From positions 736,001 to 800,000 of the forward strand of contig CAVYLP010000006.1 in NCBI GenBank assembly GCA_963769425.1: a stretch of DNA of 64,000 nt. Direction: 5' to 3'. This DNA is from Candidatus Bathyarchaeota archaeon (GTDB lineage: Archaea > Thermoproteota > Bathyarchaeia > TCS64). The notes below the pieces were generated by a model. That model saw only the letters and a program-made list of their open reading frames with translations, ran no database searches and was not told the DNA's origin. The position numbers and the translations under genes were made by a program. Positions 1 to 9,888 of the stretch are shown one piece after another (position 1 is the stretch's first letter; each line of letters starts with the position of its first letter).

Positions 1-898
1 CCCTAATGTCGGTGTACATGATGGCGACCTTCGCCTCGGATGCGTGTTCTCTGACGAGGATGGCCTCCTTCGTGGCGTGCATACAGCACACCGCCGAGCA
101 GTACGGGTAACCCTCAGAGAGGCTGCGCGACCCAACGCACTGGACGAAGGCGACGCTCTCAGGATGCTTCCCATCCGAGGGCCTGAGGAGTTGACCCTCA
201 GTCGGACCCGTTGCGGTAATCATCCTCTCCAACTCGAGGGCAGTCACCACGTTCTTGAAGCGCCTATACCCGTACTCCTTCAACGGGGACGGATCGTAGG
301 TGTCGAGGCCGGTGGCCACGATGATGCTCGCGGCGTCAATCACTTTCTCCTCCGCCTTCTGCTCGAAGTCGATGGCCCCTGCTTCGCAGAATCTCTCGCA
401 TACCCTGCAAATCCCCTTGGTCAGGTAGAGGCAATTTTTATCATCGATGCTGTAGATCAGCGGTACCGCCTGAGGGAAGGAGAGGTGGGCCGCCTTCCTC
501 GTTGATAGTCCCATCTGGACCTCATCGGGAACTTTAACGGGACACTTGGATGCGCAGACGCCGCAAGCTATGCACTTGGACTCGTCTACATACCTTGGCT
601 TCTTGGTGATCGTGACTCTGAAGTCGCCGGCGCTCCCCTCGATCCGCGTTACCTCGGATAGGGTCAGCAGATCGATGTTTGGGTGCCTGTAGACCTCAAT
701 CATCTTGGGAGCGAGTATGCAGATGGCGCAGTCCATCGTCGGGAACGTCTTATCAAGAAGGGCCATCTTTCCACCTATGCTGGTAGTCTTCTCGACCAGG
801 TGGACCTTAACCCCCCTGTCGGCGAGGTCAAGAGATGCCTGTATTCCTGCTATTCCTCCGCCGATGACCACGACCGACGCTGACCTTAACCACGCCAC
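1..898 (-). CDS. hdrA: Heterodisulfide reductase subunit A (FAD/Fe-S), N-terminal part, truncated by the window edge
   Basis: Manual translation from GTG at 898 (GGAGG upstream): VVVIGGGIAGIQASLDLA...KTFPTMDCAICILAP...CIACGVCASKCP...QCVGSR...CSAVCC. Absent from the ORF track because it runs off the window. Confidence 0.93.
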   Translation of the reverse strand, partial: MAWLRSASVVVIGGGIAGIQASLDLADRGVKVHLVEKTTSIGGKMALLDKTFPTMDCAICILAPKMIEVYRHPNIDLLTLSEVTRIEGSAGDFRVTITKKPRYVDESKCIACGVCASKCPVKVPDEVQMGLSTRKAAHLSFPQAVPLIYSIDDKNCLYLTKGICRVCERFCEAGAIDFEQKAEEKVIDAASIIVATGLDTYDPSPLKEYGYRRFKNVVTALELERMITATGPTEGQLLRPSDGKHPESVAFVQCVGSRSLSEGYPYCSAVCCMHATKEAILVREHASEAKVAIMYTDIR

Positions 899-1773
899 TT
901 CGCCTCCATTCGCTGGATCGCAATATCAACAGGGCTCTGGTTGAGATGCAACCCAAGCTTCCTCGGGTCCAGCCCCATAGCGAGGCCGAGGAGCTGAGTG
1001 TAATAGAATACGGGGATCTTGATCTCCTGGTCCTCTATGACCCTCTTTATCACATCCTGTCGGGCGTCGTACATCTTGTAGCAGAAGGGGCACACGACAA
1101 CCATACCGTCGAAGCCCCTCCCCTTGATCGAGCTCATCTTGGCACCCGCTATCTTAAGCGCCGACTCAATATCGTAGAGACCGAGGCTCGACCCACAACA
1201 GTCAAGTCGCTCTGGATAGTAGGCCGCCTCAGCGCCCAGTGCCCGTATGAGGCCATCTAATATCTTAGGATCCTCCGGGTCCTCAGGCCTCCCCACAACA
1301 CTGGGCCTGAGGGCATGACAACCGTAATGGGGGGCGAATCTGAAACCCTCTAAGTCATGCGTCAACGAGGCACGTATCTTCTCCACGCCAACCTCGCCGT
1401 TAAGAATCTCGAGAAGGTGCAGAACCCTACTCGTACCCTTGTACTCGAGGCCCTCGGGGGCCAGATTTTTGTTGACCTGCCTGACCAGCTCAGGGTCCCT
1501 ATCCAGCGAGTGCTTAACCTCAGAGATGGAGGCGTGGCAACCGTTACAGAGGGCGAAGAGGTCGAGCCCCTCCCTCTCTGCGAGCGCGAGGTTCCTCGCC
1601 GAGAGATAAAACATAGTCGGCATATTCAGGCTCCTCAACGGGTAGCCGCAGCAACTGAAGCCAGGCACGTCGACGAGCTCAACCCCTAGCCGAGCCATCA
1701 CCTCACGAGTAGACATTTCGATGTTGTATAACTCGGTCCGGATCCAGCACCCAAGGTATAAGGCGTACTTCAT
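886..1773 (-). CDS. hdrB: Heterodisulfide reductase subunit B (two CCG domains)
   Basis: YLGC, SCCG, CNGC, HYGCH, DCCG and CPFC motifs; lies between hdrC and hdrA. Confidence 0.93.
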   Translation of the reverse strand: MKYALYLGCWIRTELYNIEMSTREVMARLGVELVDVPGFSCCGYPLRSLNMPTMFYLSARNLALAEREGLDLFALCNGCHASISEVKHSLDRDPELVRQVNKNLAPEGLEYKGTSRVLHLLEILNGEVGVEKIRASLTHDLEGFRFAPHYGCHALRPSVVGRPEDPEDPKILDGLIRALGAEAAYYPERLDCCGSSLGLYDIESALKIAGAKMSSIKGRGFDGMVVVCPFCYKMYDARQDVIKRVIEDQEIKIPVFYYTQLLGLAMGLDPRKLGLHLNQSPVDIAIQRMEAKWRG

Positions 1774-2249
1774 GGAAGTTCCCAGCTAAAACTTTCCTCA
1801 AGTCCCTTCCTGAATACCTCAATGTTCTCTGGTGGTTGAAGCTCAGGCAGCCCAAGGCCGACCCTGTCGTAGGACTCAAAATCCCTATCGAAAACTTCTT
1901 GATTTCCCTGAACCGTGCTGAGCCTCTTTATCGCGTTTAATATCATTGTGAGATTCTCGGGGAAAGGTAGCCCCGCCCTCACAGCCATGTTCTGGAGGCT
2001 AATTATAATGTCAAAGGGAGTTACGTCTCTCGGACACCTTTCCATGCACTGGTGGCACTGGGTGCACTCCCAGATGAATCCAGACCTCATGAGCTCATCG
2101 ATCTGACCCCGCTGAACCATGAGGACCACCTTCCTAGGTTTCAACTCAAGATACCTAGCAGCGGGACAACCACTCGCGCACTTACCGCACTGATTGCACT
2201 GCTCATATGGGACCCCACCCCGCTGGATGATGCTTGGCAGCTTGATCAT
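1770..2249 (-). CDS. hdrC: Heterodisulfide reductase subunit C (2x[4Fe-4S])
   Basis: CNQCGKCASGCP and WECTQCHQCMERCP; 4-bp overlap with hdrB. Confidence 0.9.
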   Translation of the reverse strand: MIKLPSIIQRGGVPYEQCNQCGKCASGCPAARYLELKPRKVVLMVQRGQIDELMRSGFIWECTQCHQCMERCPRDVTPFDIIISLQNMAVRAGLPFPENLTMILNAIKRLSTVQGNQEVFDRDFESYDRVGLGLPELQPPENIEVFRKGLEESFSWELP

Positions 2250-2345
2250 TACAATACTTACAGTATTTACTTACTGATGAACTATTGCACAGTTTTCCCC
2301 GGATCTAGAGGTCAATCATACAACATGTTTTTTACAAAAAGGGGT

Positions 2346-2579
2346 CTAATCCGCTATGAAGCAAGTCATAGAGGATCTAACACCGGGTATCTTCCTGATG
2401 ACGCTAGTGATCGTATTTTCAATGTCACTAAGAGATCCCGCTACCAGTTCAAAGTAAGCATCGTAAGGGCCGTAAAGCAGACTTGCATTCTTAATATCGT
2501 TTCGAGTCCTTAGTGTCTTAATCACAGTCTTATCCATGTTCGGCTGAATCTTTATGAACACCATTGCCTCTTCTAACAA
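2346..2579 (-). CDS. Stand-alone Lrp/AsnC ligand-binding (RAM) domain protein
   Basis: 77 aa with LYGPYD and IRKIPGVRSSMT; no HTH. Confidence 0.8.
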   Translation of the reverse strand: MLEEAMVFIKIQPNMDKTVIKTLRTRNDIKNASLLYGPYDAYFELVAGSLSDIENTITSVIRKIPGVRSSMTCFIAD

Positions 2580-2844
2580 AATATTCCCCTTTACTCATAT
2601 AACATCCCTAAATTTAATCATTTGTAAGAAAATAACACTAAATATTTTCCAATTCGTCTAGTTTAAAGCCGAATTATCCGTACATGTTCAGAAATTTGGG
2701 GAATAATTACGCGGTTTACTAAAATAACCACTCTAGTTGTCTCTATCTAACATAAATCTCACACAACAATTTTCCTTCAGATATTGAAGCTAAACATCAA
2801 AGCGAAAAAAAAGAACCATTCTCCGGCCTTGAAGATATCAATAA

Positions 2845-3969
2845 CTAGTCCTCGGCCTTCACGAAGAAGAAGGTCACGCCCGCGCTGAAGAGCGCCGACG
2901 CGGCGAGCACCGAGTACATGTAGATCGGTGGCCCCGTCTCGAGCATCAGCGGCGCCACGTACATCCCCAGGGCCATCCCCAGGTACCGCGCCGTGTTCAT
3001 CAGCCCCATCCCCTGCCCCGTCCTCCCCGCCTTACCCCCCAGCAGGTTCTGAGGCAGCCCCGCCTGAACCACGCCCATCGCCACCCTCATCACTATGAAG
3101 ACGATGGGGTTGAACGCGAAGGCCGCCGCCTCGATTATGAGCGCCGTCACCACCTGCCACAAGATGATCTTCTTCCCCGACGACAGCCTCGTCAATATGG
3201 GCGTGGCCGCGGCGTACGCCAGCCCGTTCGCGATCGTCGTGATCGTCGTCCAGGTGAGTAGGTCACCAGAGGCCACTCCCAGCGAGGAGAGGAAGAACGG
3301 CACCACCGGCGTGATGAAGTTGATACCCGCGTAGGCGCAGAAGAGGGCCGCCGCCGTAGGCAGAAGCGTACGGACGTCCCTCAGCCCGAACGACTCCCTC
3401 TCCTTCCCCTCCGGCTTCGCCGTCTTCATCACCAGGATCAGCGGGAAGATCGCCGCGAAGACCACCGCCTGCGAGAATATCGTCCACCTGTACCCGATGA
3501 CCGCGGCCAGGGCGCCACCCAGACCCGGCGAGAAGATGCTCGCGATCGTCGACGCCGCGATCTGGTACCCCAGATACTTCTTCAGGTCCCGGGAGGAGGC
3601 GACGATCCCGACGACCACGAAGAGGATCGTGCTAAGCCCACCGAAGAGGCTCTGGACGATCCTCAGCGCTACGAGCTGCGTCACGTTCTGCGAGAAGGCC
3701 ATGCCGGCGTACGTCGCGATGTTACCGATCAGCACGATGACGAGGACCCTCTTCGTGCCCACCTTGTCGCAGATCCAGCCCCAGACAGGCGCCGTGAAGG
3801 CCAGCCCGCCGTACCACGCCAGGTTCGACACCCCCGTCCAGTACGTCGCGTTGACGAGCGACTCACCCAGGTCGTGGTTGATGAAGAGCGGCATGAAGCT
3901 GCCCATCAACCCGAACGCGAGAGAGCATAGAAACTGCGCCACGATGGAGGCCTTCAACGTGTCCTCCAT
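2845..3969 (-). CDS. MFS transporter (DHA1-like)
   Basis: About 12 hydrophobic segments; motif-A-like WGWICDKVGTKRVL; ATG 3969 preferred because of upstream GAGGGG. Confidence 0.85.
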   Translation of the reverse strand: MEDTLKASIVAQFLCSLAFGLMGSFMPLFINHDLGESLVNATYWTGVSNLAWYGGLAFTAPVWGWICDKVGTKRVLVIVLIGNIATYAGMAFSQNVTQLVALRIVQSLFGGLSTILFVVVGIVASSRDLKKYLGYQIAASTIASIFSPGLGGALAAVIGYRWTIFSQAVVFAAIFPLILVMKTAKPEGKERESFGLRDVRTLLPTAAALFCAYAGINFITPVVPFFLSSLGVASGDLLTWTTITTIANGLAYAAATPILTRLSSGKKIILWQVVTALIIEAAAFAFNPIVFIVMRVAMGVVQAGLPQNLLGGKAGRTGQGMGLMNTARYLGMALGMYVAPLMLETGPPIYMYSVLAASALFSAGVTFFFVKAED

Positions 3970-4117
3970 AACGCCCCTCAGATCACCGAACGTCGGTACA
4001 TGCAACTATGAATGCCTTCTACCTACTCTAATTCCTCTTCAGGAGGACAGATGCTGAATTTAAAGAAAGCGACTAAAAATGTCTAAACTCAGGCAACACA
4101 GATTCTCAGAACTGTGT

Positions 4118-6337
4118 TTAGACGGTTAACAACCATAGAGTGTATAGTGCCGCAGACGCGACGAATTGCGCCCCCCAGGCTATCTTACTCCAGTCATAGA
4201 TGTCCTTACCGTTCATCGGTGCGAGGGGTATGGAGTCGAATAGAGCCATAAGAAGACACATCGCTAAACCAATGCTGCCCACGTATGTGAACCCAAATAA
4301 CAGCAGAGCATAGAAGACCCCTGCAAACCCAAGCGCAATGAGGACCGATGACGACGCGACGATACCGAGTGTCCTCTTGCTGAAGCCTGGGGTGTGGTTG
4401 ATGATCCTGCTCGGAGACGAGAACGGCGTCCTGAAGGCAAGCGTCGAGAGGAGGAACGTCGCGAGCCCAAAGTACCATAGTCGATGTTCGGACCAAACCC
4501 CTAACACTCGAGCGATCATCTCAGTCAACAGGTTCTTGGCCAACCCCACAACCACGCTCGTGGCTAGCACCGTAGGTATAAGGAAGAGAAACTCCTCCAT
4601 GGACCCAGCCCCTGAGTAGGCGAAGGCAAACGTCAACACTACAAGGGCCACCGCGTAAGCGATCAACTCCAACTTTGTCAAAACAAATAATGGGCCGTTC
4701 CTAGCGTCGATCACCAATGAGCGTTTAGATGCGATGTAGCTCTCAAGCCACCCCTTAACTCCATCAGGGAGGATGCCGTTAAGCTTCTCAGCGAGCCAAC
4801 TACTCGCGAAGCTAGCGGGGTTGCTTACAGTGGCCGCCGCTAGAGAAACCACGGTGAAGATACTCACCGTTGCGACGCTTGAGACGATGGCATTCGAGGC
4901 GGGTGGAACCCAGACGTTCACGTCAACTGTAACATTACTCGAACCGACCGTTGTACCAGCTTGGTCGACTGCTCGTCCCTCGAGCACATGTTTACCGAGG
5001 GATAACCCCGAGAAAGTATAGCTGGTAGAAAGGCCGCTGTTCACCCATTGGCCACCGTCTACCCTGACTTCATAGTGAGAAGTGGAGGTGTTCTGGGTAT
5101 TGAAGTTCAGGGTTACCCTGCTTGAGGCCACCGTTGTTCCGTTCGCAACACCGCCTGTGAAGACTGGAGGCAGAGTCTGGCTAGACGGTGTGATGACTCC
5201 GGGGGTGCCAAACGCGTAAACATTGCCATCGTATGAGCCCACATACATAACCCCATTCGCAATCGCTGGCGAGGCAAATACTGGGCCCATAGAATACGTC
5301 CAAATGAGTCTACCCGTTGCAGCATCCACCGCGTGGATACCGCCATTCCAAGAGCCTATGTAAACCACACCGCCAGCAACTGATGGCGAGGAATATACTG
5401 CTCCACCTGGAGCATAACTCCAGATCTTATTTCCTGATTTTGAGTCAACTGCATACAGATTGCCGTCTTCCGAGCCCACGTAAACGACTCCCCCCACAAC
5501 AGCCGGGGAGCTTGAAACTTTCGCACCCGTTAGATAATTCCAGATTTTATCGCCCGTCTTAGCGTTTAATGCATAGAGATTGGAGTCGGTTGAGCCGATG
5601 TAGACTACTCCATCGACAACTGCTGGAGATGAATCCATGTAGGTATCTCCCGGTGCTGCAGTGAAGCTCCATATCTCAGAGCCCTTAGCGGCGTCGATCG
5701 CATAGATCTTACCCCCAGCCATAGAGCCTAGGTAGACAACCCCATCGACAACTGCCGGGGAGCAGCGACACGCACCAGCTGTCTCAAAACTCCAAATTTT
5801 ACTCCCTGTAGCGGCGTCAAGGGCGTAGAGGAACCCATCATTAGATACCTCGTAGACTACGTTTCCAACAACCACTGGTCCGTTGAAAAGCGCCTGTCCG
5901 GTGGCGAACTCCCAAATCTTCTGCCCGTCGGATGTTCTCAGAGCGTAGAGGACGCCGCCGTTGTTACCAACAAAGACTCGCCCATCAGCCACGGCGGGGG
6001 ATGCCCACACATCGGTATCTGTTTTAAAACTCCAGATCTGTCCTCCAGTGTTCGCGTCAATAGCATAAAAATTTCCACCAAACGTGCCTGCGTAGACGAC
6101 GCCGTCGACCACCGCAGCGGATGTTCGCACTTGACCCCCCGCTGGGAAAGTCCAGAGAACCTCACTGGTACGAGGGCCACCTGATGTTGAGGATCTAGTA
6201 TGAGATAGGTCGTGGCCGAACGATGTCCACCAATCTACATTAGCCCCAGCTACACTTTCGACCTTCGAGGAACTGATTGAGCCAATGCAGAGTGAGAGGC
6301 ATATGATTCCAAGAATAAGTACAGATGTTCTTCTCAT
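4118..6337 (-). CDS. Membrane-anchored PQQ-like beta-propeller + Ig-like domain + degenerate M50 (site-2 protease)-like membrane domain
   Basis: Signal peptide; about 8 repeats of SSPAVVDGVVYxGSxDGxLYAxDAxTGxKIWxF; Ig-like segment (HYEVRVDGGQW...GKHVLEGRAVD); hydrophobic C-terminus. Confidence 0.8.
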   Translation of the reverse strand: MRRTSVLILGIICLSLCIGSISSSKVESVAGANVDWWTSFGHDLSHTRSSTSGGPRTSEVLWTFPAGGQVRTSAAVVDGVVYAGTFGGNFYAIDANTGGQIWSFKTDTDVWASPAVADGRVFVGNNGGVLYALRTSDGQKIWEFATGQALFNGPVVVGNVVYEVSNDGFLYALDAATGSKIWSFETAGACRCSPAVVDGVVYLGSMAGGKIYAIDAAKGSEIWSFTAAPGDTYMDSSPAVVDGVVYIGSTDSNLYALNAKTGDKIWNYLTGAKVSSSPAVVGGVVYVGSEDGNLYAVDSKSGNKIWSYAPGGAVYSSPSVAGGVVYIGSWNGGIHAVDAATGRLIWTYSMGPVFASPAIANGVMYVGSYDGNVYAFGTPGVITPSSQTLPPVFTGGVANGTTVASSRVTLNFNTQNTSTSHYEVRVDGGQWVNSGLSTSYTFSGLSLGKHVLEGRAVDQAGTTVGSSNVTVDVNVWVPPASNAIVSSVATVSIFTVVSLAAATVSNPASFASSWLAEKLNGILPDGVKGWLESYIASKRSLVIDARNGPLFVLTKLELIAYAVALVVLTFAFAYSGAGSMEEFLFLIPTVLATSVVVGLAKNLLTEMIARVLGVWSEHRLWYFGLATFLLSTLAFRTPFSSPSRIINHTPGFSKRTLGIVASSSVLIALGFAGVFYALLLFGFTYVGSIGLAMCLLMALFDSIPLAPMNGKDIYDWSKIAWGAQFVASAALYTLWLLTV

Positions 6338-6513
6338 GTTCTATACCACACGGATTGAATCATCGATCGATTCAGCTAATACTTAAAATTTGTAAACTGT
6401 TTGAGTCACTATTGTGCATTCTCGGTCTCGATACTTGATATTACTAGTCAGGTGGAGCATGTTTACTTAGGTTGATGGGAAGACCCATTACACTCATCCT
6501 CACTTAGAAAACC

Positions 6514-6936
6514 ATGGCGTGCCTCATCTGCTCCATAATCGAGGGGCAAATACCAAGCCAAATCGTCTACGAAGACACTGACACCGTGGCCTTCCTCGAC
6601 GCCCGCCCAGTCGCCCCTGGACACACGCTCCTCGTGCCAAGAGTCCATGCCGCTAGACTAGAGGACCTAACCGAAGAGCAGGCCCAAGCACTCTTCACAG
6701 CTCTGCATCGGATCCTCAAACCCATAAAAGAGGCCGTCGACGCCGACGCTACGACCGTAGGCGTTAACAATGGCCCGGGTAGCGGCCAAGAGATCCAGCA
6801 CGTTCACATCCACATTATCCCTCGCCGCCGAGGGGACGGTGGAGGCATAGTTCAGAGCCTAGGCCCCGGTGGTAGGGCCGACCTCGAGGAGACCGCCGAG
6901 AAGATCCGGCAAAAAATCACCCAAACAAAGGGCTAA
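6514..6936 (+). CDS. HIT family hydrolase
   Basis: CLIC, PGHTLLVP and the HVHIH triad. Confidence 0.92.
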   Translation: MACLICSIIEGQIPSQIVYEDTDTVAFLDARPVAPGHTLLVPRVHAARLEDLTEEQAQALFTALHRILKPIKEAVDADATTVGVNNGPGSGQEIQHVHIHIIPRRRGDGGGIVQSLGPGGRADLEETAEKIRQKITQTKG

Positions 6937-6976
6937 CTCTTATTCCCCCGGGGACCCATCCATCAGCGAAACGAGA

Positions 6977-7666
6977 ATGGGCCGAATAGTCGTCATAGTC
7001 TCAGCCGACGGCGAGTGGAGGGCCACCCTCCCGTTGTTCCCCAAGGCGGAGTTGAAGTCATCCCCCCTAGGCGAGTGGTTCACGACCAGCGCTAGGGGTG
7101 AGGAGGTCATCGTCTACCACGGCGGATGGGGTAAGGTCCACGCCGCCGCCTCAGCCGAGTACGTCATAAGCACTTGGCACCCCGACCTCATCATCAACTT
7201 CGGCACATGCGGCGGCTTCAGGGGCGCCATTGAGAGGTTCGACACCGTCCTCGTCAAGAAGGCCATAATCTACGACTTCGTCAGCCTCATAGGCCCACCC
7301 GACGAGGGCATAAAGAAGTTCACCACCGACATAGACCTCACATGGGTCAAGCAGCCGCCGACACCCGTCAAACCCGTGACCATCCTAAGCGGCGACAGGG
7401 ACCTCGTCCCAGAGGACATCCCCAAGCTGAAGGAGAAGTTCGGCGGAATGGTCAACGACTACGAGTCCGCCCCCATAGCCTGGGTCTGCGCCAGAAACAA
7501 CGCGAAGGTCCTCATACTCCGAGGCGTCTCCGACCTCGTCGACAAGAGCGGGGGCGAGGTCTACGATGGTACCGCGACCCTCTGGTTCGAGGCGACGAAA
7601 CGGGTGATGTCGGACCTCTTCAAGGTCCTCCCTGCCTGGGTCACGTACTTCAGGGCGCAGAAGTAG
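6977..7666 (+). CDS. 5'-methylthioadenosine/S-adenosylhomocysteine nucleosidase family protein
   Basis: GWGKVHAA, INFGTCGG, DYESA and RGVSD; ATG 6977 preferred over the overlapping start at 6869. Confidence 0.8.
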   Translation: MGRIVVIVSADGEWRATLPLFPKAELKSSPLGEWFTTSARGEEVIVYHGGWGKVHAAASAEYVISTWHPDLIINFGTCGGFRGAIERFDTVLVKKAIIYDFVSLIGPPDEGIKKFTTDIDLTWVKQPPTPVKPVTILSGDRDLVPEDIPKLKEKFGGMVNDYESAPIAWVCARNNAKVLILRGVSDLVDKSGGEVYDGTATLWFEATKRVMSDLFKVLPAWVTYFRAQK

Positions 7667-7725
7667 GCCCCGTCTTCATCAGGTCCGCAGCTCGTGTTGA
7701 CTCACCGCGGGTTCAGGTGAGTGTC

Positions 7726-8157
7726 TCAGGCACCTTGGGTAGGCTCAATGTAAACCTCACCATCTCGGAGGATGTCCACCCTCACCGGCTTCATCACCCT
7801 CGTGCCCGAGATGCTAGCCGCCGCGTTCTGCCGCAGATCCTTGTAAACCAGCGAAAAATCCCCACGTATCCTGATCCCCGCGGCGTCGGCGGCGTCAATA
7901 AGTATTCTGGGCACGTCCACGAGATGCGTCGCTGGTGGGATGATGACTGATGCGACGGTCCTCAGCTTCTTGTAAGCCGCCAGCGTCTCCTCCGCCTTCT
8001 CGAGGTTCCTCTTAGCCCTCCTTTCTACGAGTGAGACGTTCTGTCTGGTTGTCCCGAGCTTGTTCGCAACCTCCTCCTGCGTTAGTCCCCCCATCCTGAG
8101 CCTGAGTACGTCGAGTTGAATCCTCGTCAGGGTCCCCGTCTTCTCATTGGCCACCAT
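7726..8157 (-). CDS. tfx: Tfx family DNA-binding protein
   Basis: LTRIQLDVLRLRMGGLTQEEVANKLGTTRQNVSLVERRA HTH plus Tfx C-terminal pattern (VPRILIDAADAAGIRI). Confidence 0.85.
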   Translation of the reverse strand: MVANEKTGTLTRIQLDVLRLRMGGLTQEEVANKLGTTRQNVSLVERRAKRNLEKAEETLAAYKKLRTVASVIIPPATHLVDVPRILIDAADAAGIRIRGDFSLVYKDLRQNAAASISGTRVMKPVRVDILRDGEVYIEPTQGA

Positions 8158-8165
8158 GCAACCAC

Positions 8166-8179
8166 TAACGAAATCGTTA
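8166..8179. promoter_or_regulatory. Perfect 6-2-6 inverted repeat TAACGA-AA-TCGTTA between divergent tfx and modA; candidate operator
   Basis: Read directly from the sequence; function inferred from position. Confidence 0.4.
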
Positions 8180-8263
8180 ATGATTTACAAGAAACCGTTT
8201 TATGCTTAAAAAGCAAGCGGAATACTTAACTCCGGTTTGGGTGGTTTTCATCCTTCGATCACG

Positions 8264-9094
8264 TTGAAGAGAAACATGGTCATCCTCATCGGCATCGTCT
8301 TGGTGGTTGCCCTGGCGGGCATATACACCGCCTACCAGTACCTGACCCCGAAGCCCGCGGAACAACTCACCGTCTTCGCCGCCGCAAGCCTGACGAAGCC
8401 CTTCCAAGCCTTGGAAGCCGGCTTCGAGAAGAAATACGACGCAAACGTCACCTTCAACTTCGCCGGGTCGAGCGCCCTAAGTACGCAGATCAACCAGGGC
8501 TCCCCATGCAACGTCTTCGCCTCCGCGAACACGAAGGAGATGACCAACGTGAAGAATGCCAACTTGCTTAACGGCACCTCAACCGTCTTCGCACACAACT
8601 CCCTCATAATCATAGTCTCCAAGTCTTACACAGGCGACATTACATCCCTCCTCAACCTAACCAAGTCTGGGCTCCGGATCGAGATGGCTGACAAGTCCGT
8701 ACCCGTAGGCAACTACGCTCTACAGACGCTGTCCAAGATAGACGCCACATACGGCAACAGCAGCAGTCCTCTCTACAAGGGCGCAGAATGGGTGGGCTTC
8801 TCAAAGAAGGTTCTCGCAAATGTTGTCTCCTACGATACCGACGTCGAGCAGGTCGTCACAAAGGTGGCAACTGGCACAGCTGACGTCGGCATAGCGTACA
8901 AGTCCGACGCCATTAACAGGGCGAACGAGGTCAAGTTCTTCGAGATACCCAGCGAGGTCAACCAGATAGCCGTCTACCCGATCGGCGTGATTAACGGATC
9001 CGGCCACTCGAAGCTAGCGCAGGCGTTCATAGACTACGTGCTCTCCGCTGATGGACAGAAGGCCTTGACCGACGCCGGGTTCCAGGGCAAGTAG
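8264..9094 (+). CDS. modA: Molybdate ABC transporter substrate-binding protein
   Basis: VFAAASL, FAGSSAL, VFASAN, VPVGNY and YKSDA; N-terminal anchor; TTG 8264 gives a basic n-region. Confidence 0.93.
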   Translation: MKRNMVILIGIVLVVALAGIYTAYQYLTPKPAEQLTVFAAASLTKPFQALEAGFEKKYDANVTFNFAGSSALSTQINQGSPCNVFASANTKEMTNVKNANLLNGTSTVFAHNSLIIIVSKSYTGDITSLLNLTKSGLRIEMADKSVPVGNYALQTLSKIDATYGNSSSPLYKGAEWVGFSKKVLANVVSYDTDVEQVVTKVATGTADVGIAYKSDAINRANEVKFFEIPSEVNQIAVYPIGVINGSGHSKLAQAFIDYVLSADGQKALTDAGFQGK

Positions 9095-9105
9095 GGTGCA
9101 CCGCG

Positions 9106-9888
9106 TTGAAGGCGACGCTAAAGGCAGCTGTATATGCCGCCTCGTCGCTTTTCCTACTCATCATACTTCTACCGATAGCCGCCGTGTTCCTCAGCGTCAC
9201 CCCCTCCGAACTCGCGTCTAGGATCACCACCCCCACCGTACTGAACTCTCTAAGACTCAGCCTCCTCACATCGTCGGTCTCGACCCTCATCGTCTTCGTC
9301 CTGGCGACTCCTCTCTCCTATGCCCTCGCCCGCCACAGTTTCAGGGGGCGCACGCTCCTCGACGCCGTCGTTGACCTACCCATGGTCCTACCCCCCGCCG
9401 TGGCTGGCCTCGCTCTGCTGCTCGCCTTCGCACCTCGTGGGCTCATCGGACCCGCCCTGAGGAGCTTCGGCATAATCCTGCCGGGGTCCATCTGGGCGGT
9501 CGTGATGGCAGAGGTCTTCGTCGGCTCCCCCTTCTACATCCGCTCCTCCAAGGCCGCCTTCAGCGAGGTGAACCAGAGGATAATCGACAGCGCCCGACTG
9601 CTCTCGAACTCGGACGCACGTGTTTTCGCCAGGGTCACCTTCCCCCTCGCTTGGAAGGGGGTCCTCGCCGGCCTCGTCATGTGCTGGGCCCGTAGCCTCG
9701 GCGAATTCGGCGCAACACTAATGTTCGCGGGCAACCTGCCAAACGTCACGCAGACGATGCCCCTCGCCATCTACCTAGCCTTAAGCAGCGACCTGGAGGC
9801 CGCCATCGTCTTATCCGTCATCCTCATCCTCTTCTCGTTCGGGCTCCTCGCCGCCGTCAAGTCTCTCGGGGGTCAGAGGTCAACTTGA
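9106..9888 (+). CDS. modB: Molybdate ABC transporter permease
   Basis: DLPMVLPPAVAGLALL, WARSLGEFGAT and TQTMPLAIY. Confidence 0.93.
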   Translation: MKATLKAAVYAASSLFLLIILLPIAAVFLSVTPSELASRITTPTVLNSLRLSLLTSSVSTLIVFVLATPLSYALARHSFRGRTLLDAVVDLPMVLPPAVAGLALLLAFAPRGLIGPALRSFGIILPGSIWAVVMAEVFVGSPFYIRSSKAAFSEVNQRIIDSARLLSNSDARVFARVTFPLAWKGVLAGLVMCWARSLGEFGATLMFAGNLPNVTQTMPLAIYLALSSDLEAAIVLSVILILFSFGLLAAVKSLGGQRST

